From NCBI GenBank assembly GCA_002794465.1, contig MTSL01000161.1, positions 1 through 28,191 on the forward strand: a stretch of DNA of 28,191 bases, written 5' to 3'. Both the position numbers and the translations under genes were made by a program. The notes below the pieces were generated by a model that was not told where the DNA came from, did not search any database, and was given only the letters and a program-made list of their open reading frames with translations. Position 1 is the first letter of the stretch; the number at the start of each line of letters is the position of its first letter. Below, in pieces: positions 1 to 8,700 of this stretch. The stretch comes from Paramicrosporidium saccamoebae KSL3. Lineage: Eukaryota; Fungi; Cryptomycota.

Positions 1-167
1 CTGCATGAGCCCGCCTTCCAGCACATCATAGCCGAGCCTCTCAGCTCTACATAGCATCGGACCCATTCGCTCTTTTTCCTCCGGCCATCCCGGTCTTCGT
101 AAACCCTCCTATGAACAAACCCCGACTGGTAAAGCTTTTCCTGAAACACTGCGTAAAGGTCGTCCAT
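1..167 (-). CDS. 5' fragment of a PH-domain protein, resembling the Skg3/Caf120-type PH N-terminus; runs off the window edge
   Basis: My translation from the ATG at 167 reads MDDLYAVFQEKLYQSGFVHRRVYEDRDGRRKKSEWVRCYVELRGSAMMCWK. The pattern G(F/Y)...DG...W..(C/Y)Y..L.G..(L/M)..W fits PH strands beta1-beta3. Not in the ORF track (too short). Confidence 0.55.
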   Translation of the reverse strand, partial: MDDLYAVFQEKLYQSGFVHRRVYEDRDGRRKKSEWVRCYVELRGSAMMCWKAGSC

Positions 168-371
168 GCACAACCCGGCGCTGCGCTTGATTAAATGGCG
201 TTCGAAGCCACTGATGTATACTTGCTTGACACGATATGGTTGAAATGAGCACGAATTTGGTGATATGGAGATATTAAGAAGTATCACAATATTTGTTTAT
301 CTAATTGACCAATCAGCGTCTCCAATGTCTTATATTGCTTGTCGGCTATTCGGCAGTAAGATGACCGTAGG

Positions 372-1586
372 ATGATGGTAGGACTATTTATCCTGTGGTT
401 GGTGCTATCAGGAATGGCTACCAGTGAAAACCAGACTTGGAATGCCTTCCGGAAGGCAATGGATGAACAGTTCCCTGATGCTTACGTTGGGACACTAAAA
501 CTGCCGAACAATGTGCATAGCATTCTCCCATCTAAGCTCAGGGATACTGAGGATCTATCCACACTTGATCGATTCGCCTCATACTTTACAAAGAGCGATG
601 CTGGGTTGGCCGCTGTTCTTCTTCTGGCAATAAGTGAAAAGTTTAGCTCTGGCCTGTTCCAAAGACTGCTAGTCCCTCGAAGGGACTGGGTAACACCGGA
701 TCTGTGGGGTCGCATCTTGTCCAAAATCCGGGAAAACTCTGGAGATAGGTTTGCAGAGTACTATTTAGCTGTGCTCAAGTGCATATCATATGTAGAGGTC
801 CTGGCTTCCTATTTCTCACCTGCATTTGACGGAATTACTGACGAGCCTGTCGCCACAATAGTCCGTCTGACGCCCTTCTATTATATTATCAAGAAACCTG
901 ACAAGCACAGCGAAAAGCTTCGTAAAGAGTTTGTATCAATTCTGGTGCCTACAACGACTGAGCCCGTTTCCAAGTACTTGCCAGTGCTGGAGTTGTATCT
1001 CCAGAATAGTGGGTATCTGAAACGTGCCATGTCCAACGAGCAAGACTACTTTAATCTCAACAAATGGGTCCACTCTACATTTCTCAATTCTTCAGATGCT
1101 GTTGGATTCATTATCGAAAATGACTTGCACAATCTGGCATATATTGCCTTCTTGCCCGGGTTCTTAAGTGAGCATCTTGATGTTGCTCTGAAAAAGTGCG
1201 CATTTAAGATTCTGTCAACTTTTCTTTCCAGAAATCGTCCCGACAGTATCAAAAGCAGAACAAAGCCGTGTTCACGAATAGCGCACTTGCTCAATCTCTA
1301 CTCCAGCCTGTCAGTTGTACCAAATGTAGTGCCATGTCGTCCAAAAGAAGCGTTGTCAAAGCTGACCGAGTTGAAACTGGATTTTACATTTTTACGGAAA
1401 TTCAAGGACACTGAGGATATTTACACGGCATGTCACTTGCTTATGGGTCGTTTATTTGAGATGCCCATGGACTTTATCTCGTTCGAAGCTTGGATTACAG
1501 AAGTGGACTATCCGGCGAGTCTCAATGATATGCTCGAGAGCTACTGTGACGTCTACGAGATGGAACCGAATTTCAAGATTGTCTAA
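372..1586 (+). CDS. Hypothetical 404-aa protein with a probable N-terminal signal peptide; no recognisable domain
   Basis: Long uninterrupted ATG-started ORF. Hydrophobic N-terminus MMVGLFILWLVLSGMA, followed by a Leu/Phe/Tyr-rich, helical-looking body. Confidence 0.7.
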   Translation: MMVGLFILWLVLSGMATSENQTWNAFRKAMDEQFPDAYVGTLKLPNNVHSILPSKLRDTEDLSTLDRFASYFTKSDAGLAAVLLLAISEKFSSGLFQRLLVPRRDWVTPDLWGRILSKIRENSGDRFAEYYLAVLKCISYVEVLASYFSPAFDGITDEPVATIVRLTPFYYIIKKPDKHSEKLRKEFVSILVPTTTEPVSKYLPVLELYLQNSGYLKRAMSNEQDYFNLNKWVHSTFLNSSDAVGFIIENDLHNLAYIAFLPGFLSEHLDVALKKCAFKILSTFLSRNRPDSIKSRTKPCSRIAHLLNLYSSLSVVPNVVPCRPKEALSKLTELKLDFTFLRKFKDTEDIYTACHLLMGRLFEMPMDFISFEAWITEVDYPASLNDMLESYCDVYEMEPNFKIV

Positions 1587-1604
1587 ATTATTGTGAGACT
1601 GGTC

Positions 1605-1716
1605 GTAGCGACCAAGGGATCTTGATTCGTAGATAGAGTGGTAGCCACTGAGGAGCCTTGATCCATAAATACTGCGAGGCCATTAGCCGTGACCGAGGGG
1701 CCTTGATCCGTGATAT
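1605..1716. repeat. Three imperfect copies of a ~25-bp motif (approx. GACCRAGGRGCCTTGATCCGTRRAT), spaced 36 and 45 bp
   Basis: gaccaagggatcttgattcgtagat / cactgaggagccttgatccataaat / gaccgaggggccttgatccgtgata; the cttgat core starts at 1621, 1657 and 1702. Confidence 0.7.
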
Positions 1717-1868
1717 TACCTCTTAGTTTAACTCACGCTATACCATCGTGCTGATCTACAGTGTACTCTCGTAATCTAGGCAATATAATTAATAGACAAG
1801 TTTATTGCTTCAGTCTGACCGAGCGAAAAGAAAATTTAGTTTGATGAATTTTTAGAACAAGAGGAAGG

Positions 1869-2798
1869 ATGAACCCACCAAACAATGAAGACGCTCTCAA
1901 GGAGGTAAAGGCGTCTGTCTATGCACTGCTCAGTTGGCCGGTCGAATATGTGGGCTCATTTTTTGGTGACGGGAAGAATCTTTCTACTGACTCTATTTCA
2001 TCAACGGCAGGTCGCGACTATGAGGACCCTCTGGTGGCACGAAGCAAACTTGTCGACCGACATGGACGTTTTAGCGAGAGCTTTGAAGAGCAATTTACAT
2101 TGCTGTCATTTTCTTCCGGGCTTGGGGCCGCTGCTGATGCCAGTCCTCCCGAGCACTCATTGCATGGAATCTTTGTACCTACAAACATTGATGATTGGAG
2201 CACGTTTGCGGCTTCATTGCCCGATGCTTCCTTTCCTCGATACAAAATGGTCTTGCCAAAAAAGACCAAGATTTTGGCACTCGACCTGGATGAGACACTG
2301 GTACATTCGACCTCGAGAAGCTCTGGCGATTGCGACTTTTTTGTCGAAGTGCTGGTGGACCGTAGCTCGTGTCTTTATTACGTGTTCAAAAGGCCACATA
2401 TTGAACAATTTCTGGAAACGGTGGCAAACTGGTACCACCTTGTCATATATACTGCCAGTCTAAAGGAGTATGCAGAGCCCGTGGTTAACTGGCTAGATAG
2501 GGGAAGACAGATTTTCAAAAAAAGGTTATTTCGTGCAGCTTGCACAGAGAAAATGGGAATGTTTGTCAAGAACCTCTCCCTTGTAGATCCAGATTTATCA
2601 CGTGTCTGTCTTATTGACAATTCTCCAGCGTCATTCCTTATGCACCCAGACAATGGGATTCCAATTGAAAGCTGGACACACGACCGATCCGACACTTGTC
2701 TTCTTGACATGCTGCCTTTTCTTGATGCTCTCCGATTTGTAGATGACGTGCGTTGCATCTTGTCGCTCCGTAGGATCCAGTCCCACACTGGCCCCTAA
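1869..2798 (+). CDS. NEM1: FCP/SCP (NIF) family HAD phosphatase, Nem1/CTDNEP1 (Dullard)-like lipin phosphatase
   Basis: LDLDETLVHS catalytic motif, YYVFKRPH, YTAS..EYA.PV..WLD, DNSPASF, GIPIESW, and the C-terminal LLDMLPFLDALRFVDDVR typical of the Nem1/CTDNEP1 branch. Confidence 0.85.
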   Translation: MNPPNNEDALKEVKASVYALLSWPVEYVGSFFGDGKNLSTDSISSTAGRDYEDPLVARSKLVDRHGRFSESFEEQFTLLSFSSGLGAAADASPPEHSLHGIFVPTNIDDWSTFAASLPDASFPRYKMVLPKKTKILALDLDETLVHSTSRSSGDCDFFVEVLVDRSSCLYYVFKRPHIEQFLETVANWYHLVIYTASLKEYAEPVVNWLDRGRQIFKKRLFRAACTEKMGMFVKNLSLVDPDLSRVCLIDNSPASFLMHPDNGIPIESWTHDRSDTCLLDMLPFLDALRFVDDVRCILSLRRIQSHTGP

Positions 2799-2908
2799 CT
2801 GTCTTGCTGTGTGAGATGGGGATAGAGAAATTATGTGCTATGATGTACTTGAGAGCCCGGGATAAAAGGTCTGTTAGTAAATAGAAAGAATCTGTAAGAT
2901 GTGATAAA

Positions 2909-3078
2909 GGATCTCTGAGAGGCAGTATGTCTAAAAATCCCAGGAGGGTGGGTATCTGAGAGGTAGCAATGTCTACAAACCCAGGAGGGTGGATCTCTGA
3001 AAGGTAGCATAACTATAAACCTCAGGAGAATGGACCTCTGAGAGGTATTATGCCTATAAACTCCAGGAGAAGGAATCT
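2909..3078. repeat. Degenerate 41-bp tandem repeat (minisatellite), 4 full copies plus a partial fifth
   Basis: caggag starts at 2941, 2982, 3023 and 3064; ctga(g/a)agg starts at 2915, 2956, 2997 and 3038. The period is exactly 41. Confidence 0.9.
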
Positions 3079-3119
3079 TTGTAAAATGATACATTTATAA
3101 TTCCACATGCTTCATTTTA

Positions 3120-3864
3120 TTAATTCGAACGCGCAATCTCTCTTATCCTCTCAGCGACCCATGTCATGCCGTTAGTAGATGATCCCAAGAGTATGTTTGC
3201 AATCCGGATTACATCAATCGGCTTGTTAGAATTGAGGACAAATCGGCCATTGGCGCCAACAACTATTTCAAAGGCGAGGTTTTTCCCCAGCAACTCCAAA
3301 ACTGGATTATCAAATACTTGCAAACTTTGCGAAAGATTGCAGGAACAGGCGTACATCATTCCACCTGCCACCTCGCCAAATCCCTCCGACCTGTTTTCTG
3401 AATCAAAGCACACCAGCTCTGGCTCCATATCCTTGTTGGCCACACTGACGCGAGCAAAAACAACATCACCAATGGCCAGATTTGGCCGATTCTTCTTGGT
3501 TGTACCATCAAAACCAGTAAAGTTTAGCATGGCCGGACTGCTGGACCCCAAGTCTACTTTGTAGGCATCTGCTAGTCGGGCACTTATGACTCCAACAACC
3601 AAATCATTGGGGGCTGGTATGTACTAAAGCGTAAGGAGAGAAAGATGGACATACGCGCTTCTGGTGTCCCTCTATCCAAAATTTGTTCGGCTTGGCATAG
3701 TGCAGTAGGCCAGCACGGGCGGCCAGGATACTGTCTCCTGATTGTATCAGGCCAGTACCCAGCTTAATAACGGGCAACTGGTCATCGCCTCGCTTCTCTG
3801 AAAACACTCTTTCTACAATTGGCGTAATATTGGTTCCAGGAATGACGACTCCCAACGCAGACAT
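3120..3864 (-). CDS. RRP40: Exosome cap subunit Rrp40/EXOSC3; join complement(3120..3623,3655..3864), 237 aa, one 31-nt intron at 3624..3654
   Basis: Splicing GTATGT...TTTAG gives ...QKR|YIPAPNDLVVGVI...YKVDLG...F.GTTKKNRPNLAIGD.V.ARV...DMEPEL.C...FEIVVGANGR (S1 + KH domains). Confidence 0.93.
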
Positions 3865-3985
3865 TAAACAGAAGCTTAAACTTGTGAGGTAGTATATTTA
3901 CGGACCAGGGATAATGGGCCTTTGTTATGAGTACCGCATAGTTGGAATAATAACACGTACTTTGTTAGGCGGGAAGAGATGGATT

Positions 3986-4075
3986 AAGACGAGACGAGAC
4001 GAGGTGAAGTGAAATGAAATGAAGCGCGACGAGATAAAGTGAAATAAGGCGAGACGAGATGAAACAAGATGAAAA
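3986..4075. repeat. Phased degenerate purine-rich pentamer array (18 units, consensus approx. RARRY)
   Basis: aagac gagac gagac gaggt gaagt gaaat gaaat gaagc gcgac gagat aaagt gaaat aaggc gagac gagat gaaac aagat gaaaa, with no phase slips. Confidence 0.85.
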
Positions 4076-4294
4076 CTCGTTCGCTATTAATCCAACGGCC
4101 TAATTCAGGCGAGAAGAAAACATGCTCACTGCTTGTTGCTAATCTTAGGATCGTAAAAATACAAATCTCATTGCTCTCAAATACCCAACTAAGCAATTCT
4201 CTACGTCGTAGCTATATGCCGGATTAAAGGCGCCAGATACTTTAATAACTCGCACATCAGCCGATCCTCTTGCCTTTACTCTCAACCTCACAAT

Positions 4295-5586
4295 TTACTC
4301 ATTTTTGGTCTTTGTACCGAACAATTTGTTGCGCAGCCAGAACTGCCAAACGGGGAAAAGAATGAGGAGAATCACAAGACCTGTCCAAAACCGGATCACA
4401 TAAAGAGGCGCAGGTTGCGGGAACTGATGGCGGCCAAACTTGATGCAAATAAGAGTCTCAATGACAATGACGGCTACTGTGAGCCATGCTTGAGTACCAA
4501 TTTTTTTGCAGTTAGGATCGGTAAAGTACTGATATGCTTCACGAAGTGCTACGGCTCCCATCAAGGCATGCAAAATAATGCGCGCTACATTAATGAAATG
4601 TGCCGGCGGGATCCATAGGAGATATTTGAGATAAAAGGCATTCATTTCGCTTGCCAGGAACTAGAGAATAAGAACGCAAAGGAACTGTTACAAATATGGT
4701 GACAATCAGGACGACACAATACCCTTTGAAACTCTTTGCAGCAGCCCAGTCAAAGGAAACCCAACTGTGAGGGGTAAACTGCCCAAATGTTCTCCTCATC
4801 TTTCCCGACATGCCTGGGATATCCCGGATGCTGCGCCAATTGTAAGTCTTCATTGCCAAATACTTGCAGGTCTTCATCCCGGCCCAAATCCCCAGCCAGT
4901 TACAGATAAGCACGTCCAGAATCCAATGGTCCCACCAGCATTCCGCAAAGTTTGGCAACTGGTGCTGCAAAGAGTACTCCATCACTTCAAACATTACCGA
5001 AACAATCCAGCAGAGCCATTCGTCGCGGAGAATGAGAGCCTTACCGAACCATCCAAAGGTATGGGCGGCCACAAATACATCCAGTTGCTGGTAAATGGAG
5101 GACCATTTGAGTCGACAATCGTCGGCATAGGCTCGCTCTTGCAAGGGAACCCCAAGGGCTGGATCAATGAATGCCACAAGCTTTCGGGCATCATTCAGAT
5201 TTTGGAAAAAGATGTAAATCAAGAACATTAGGTAGATTACAGAGATGGCTTGAACAGCACGCCAAAAGACGGGGTGGGGACGGATAAATGGTCCGTCTCT
5301 CAGCTGAGTCATACCATAAAAGACAAAGAACAAGGCTGCCACAGCAATTCCACTACACATTAACACTCGGTAAGAAAGAGTACCGAACAGAGTTGTAAGA
5401 GGTAGCATGGTCGGCTGTCCCAAAGAGGGCAACATGGAGAAATCCCGCAAGCATTAAGAACAAGACAGTCAAAGTGTGGGGCTGATAGAGAAACCCAATA
5501 GTTGGGTCAATGGGGTCGCGGTAGGTGTACTCATTAAAGTCGAGTTGCGAAACAGGTCGCTTTCTGGGAGACTTTCGAGATTGCAT
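4295..5586 (-). CDS. PTDSS: Base-exchange phosphatidylserine synthase (PTDSS1/2, PSS family); join complement(4295..4660,4692..5352,5384..5586), 409 aa, two 31-nt introns
   Basis: DGPFIRPHPVFWR, YADDC, DVFVAAHTFGWFGKALILRD, FEVMEYSLQHQLPNFAECWWDHWILDVLICN, and SEMNAFYLKYLLWIPPAH after splicing. Summed exons (1230 nt) stay in frame. Confidence 0.93.
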
Positions 5587-5623
5587 TTCCGAATCCCCTG
5601 TAGTGCCCACCCCCAAACCAGTC

Positions 5624-5641
5624 TGTAGAATGTGTAGAATG
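5624..5641. promoter_or_regulatory. 9-bp direct repeat TGTAGAATG x2 (two CATTCT TEA/ATTS-like sites on the minus strand) in the 202-bp PSS/FAS divergent intergenic region
   Basis: The minus strand reads cattct aca cattct aca. Function is inferred from motif resemblance only. Confidence 0.3.
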
Positions 5642-5788
5642 TAACTTAACTAGTTCAATGAACGCCCTAATTGAGACCATGTTGATTTTGGCCTCGAAAG
5701 CTATTGGCAATTTACCGATTAGAGTGGCATCCAATCATACCAAACTCTGGGGTGATTCCAATCGATAATTTAGCCAGTGTCCCAGATA

Positions 5789-8700
5789 ATGAGTGCTCCT
5801 CAAAGCAACATGTTGCGTTATCCGTCTCCCGAAAGCATTCGTGCCATCTCTCAGGATAAAACCGGCCGACCCTTGGTCATCCGCGGCCCCAAATCTGAGG
5901 TAGTGCTGTACATTTCGGCAGACCTGTGGAACACTGCGGAGCGCGTACGTGATGATTACAAACTTCGTACCGCCCGCGAGACAATAGTGGAAGAGTATAA
6001 TGAGATGGAATTGTTATTAGCTTTCATGCGACACACTAGGCTTTACGTGTCTATGCACTCGGAAGACTTTCCGATTCGGTCACTGTACAAGCAGCTGTTT
6101 ATGACCCTGCATCTAAAGTACCTTGGGGGCTGCGAGCCGCACTCTTGTATAAAGGAGCAACTGGAAACCCTGGAATTGCGTGACTCTCTTCGGATTTACT
6201 ACGAGGCGTTTGTGGAGCTGCGCGATCATGACAAGTCTGAAGACATTGCGAACTTTTCTCCAAAGTCTGCCCTCTTTGGGGAAGTTAGGGAAGAGCGTGC
6301 AAAACTGCTGTGCGTCTTTGGCGGGCAAGGGAACACTGAAGATTTGCTAGAAGAGCTCGTGGAGCTCGAGTATACTTATCAGCCGCTATGTAGACCATTT
6401 TTGAAAACCGTCTGCCGCAATCTTGTAAATTTGAGTCAGGATCCTGCCGCCATGGAGTATCTTTCCAAGGGATTCGATATTCTACATTGGATTGATGAGC
6501 CTGATTCCAGGCCCCCAAGACAATATCTCTTCTCGGCTGCTGTGAGCCTGCCTCTGGTGGGACTGATTCAGATTCTCAATTACTATATCACTTGCCAGAT
6601 TCTGGGAAAAACTCCCGGACTGCTCCGGGAAAGCTTGACGGCTACTACTGGACATAGCCAAGGCATTGTTTCTGCCTCTGTCATTTCAATGTCGACGACC
6701 GAGGAGGAACTGATGGAGAACACTAATAATGCCCTGCAGATTCTATTTTGGATTGGACTACGATCTATGCAGGAATATCCCGAAGTGACCTTGGATCCCA
6801 AAATCCAAGCTGACTCGACTGCCAACGGAGAGGGCGTTCCCACTCCTATGCTTGCTGTGACAAACCTCACCCTCCAAGATTTACAGACTCAGGTGGATAT
6901 TTCAAACAAATTTTTGGCTCCCACTGAAAAGATTGAAATTTCGCTTCATAATGGACCACGAGCCTTTGTCTGCTCAGGCCCGCCAAAGTCACTCTATGGA
7001 CTGAATTTGCTTTTGCGTAAGCTGAAGGCAGGATCGTCTCTAGACCAGAGCAAGATTCCCTTTTCTGAGCGCAAATTAAAGTTTAGTACCAAATTTTTGC
7101 CAATATCATCGCCATTTCACTGCTCGTACTTGTCAAAGGCCGTTGACAAGATTATGAATGACTTTCAAAGAAACAATTTGAAGCTTTCACCGAGTTTTTT
7201 TTCTATCCCAGTCATTGCCACAGACTCCGGTAGACTATTTAGTGTTTCTTATTCCTAGGATTGCCAATCGACGCTTCCAACAATCTACTGAGAGCTTTGG
7301 TCGAACAGATTTGTATTAGGCCCGTGTATTGGATGGTTGCGATAACGGCCAAACCGACCACGCACATTTTGGACTTTGGACCGGGTCATGCATCAGGAAT
7401 TGGTGCCTTGACGCACAGAAATGTGGACGGATCTGGTGTACAAGTTGTTTTAGCCGGTACTATTGAAACTCCCATTTCGCATCTTCAGTCTCGTCGACAT
7501 TTATTTGGATCATCAGCATCGTCCGTTCGGTATGGGGTCAACTGGGGTGCAAAGTTCCAGCCCAAACTGGTTCACAGTAAGGCTGATGGGAAGATTTATG
7601 TGGATACTCCCTACAGTCGCCTGTTAGGTACGACTGCGTTAGTGGATCTAATTGTGTAGGAAAGCAGCCCATTATGGTTGCTGGAATGACACCATCCACG
7701 GTTGATGGTGACTTTGTTGCAGCATGCATTAACGCGGGGTATCACGTGGAGCTCGCAGGAGGAGGCCACTACAACGAAAAAGCACTCCGCGACAAGGTCA
7801 AGATGATCTCGGCAAAAGTGAGCGCTGGGAGCGGAATAAGTCTCAATGTGCTATTCATCAACCAGCGTCAATGGGGATTCCAATTTCCGCTGGCCCAGGT
7901 TTTAAGAAAAGAGGGCGTCCCGATTGATGGATTCACGGTGGCTGCTGGAGTACCTTCATTAGAGTTGGCTACAGAAATCATTGCGGCCCTCCTTGCTGTT
8001 GGGATTCGTCACGTCTCATTTAAGCCGGGTTCGATTGAAGGAATCATGCAGGTCGTGACGATTGCCAAGCATAACAGTGACTGTCCCATTATTCTCCAAT
8101 GGACCGGAGGAAGGGCAGGTGGCCATCACAGTTATGAAGATTTTTACCAGCCCATCCTGGACGCTTATTCAGCCATTAGATCGTGTGAGAACATTTACCT
8201 AGTAGCTGGGAGCGGGTTTGGAGATGGCGAGGGCACTTTTCCATACATTGATGGATCGTGGAGTCACGAGTTTAATTTTCCGTCCATGCCATTTGATGGT
8301 ATTCTCTTGGGATCACGTATGATGGTTGCCAAGGAAGGCAAGGCATCAAAGACAGTCAAGGAAACCATTGCTTCGGTTGCTGGTGTTGACAATGAGAAAG
8401 AATGGGTAAAGTCCTACAAGGGTCCTGCTGGAGGTGTTGTGACTGTGATATCTGAGCTGGGAGAGCCCATTCATAAGATTGCCACCCGTGGCGTGTTGCT
8501 ATGGAAAGAGCTCGATGAGACAGTATTCAAACTACCCCGAGACAAGCGTTTGGAGTATTTGATGAAACACAAGAGCCGCATAATACAGCGCTTGAATCAG
8601 GACTCTCACAAGGTCTGGTTTGGAAAGCTGGGTTCTGGGGCGGCTGCTGATCTCGACGAAATGACTTATTATGAGGTCCTTGACCGAATGGCCGAGCTAC

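Noticed and set aside
2909-3078. CRISPR-like array interpretation of the 41-bp or 1605-1716 repeats
   Set aside because: Eukaryotic context, degenerate repeats, no unique spacers of consistent length between identical repeats, and no cas genes.
2831-3094. 87-aa minus-strand ORF with an internal 41-aa repeat
   Set aside because: The repeat is a by-product of reading three 41-bp units (123 nt); there is no other coding evidence.
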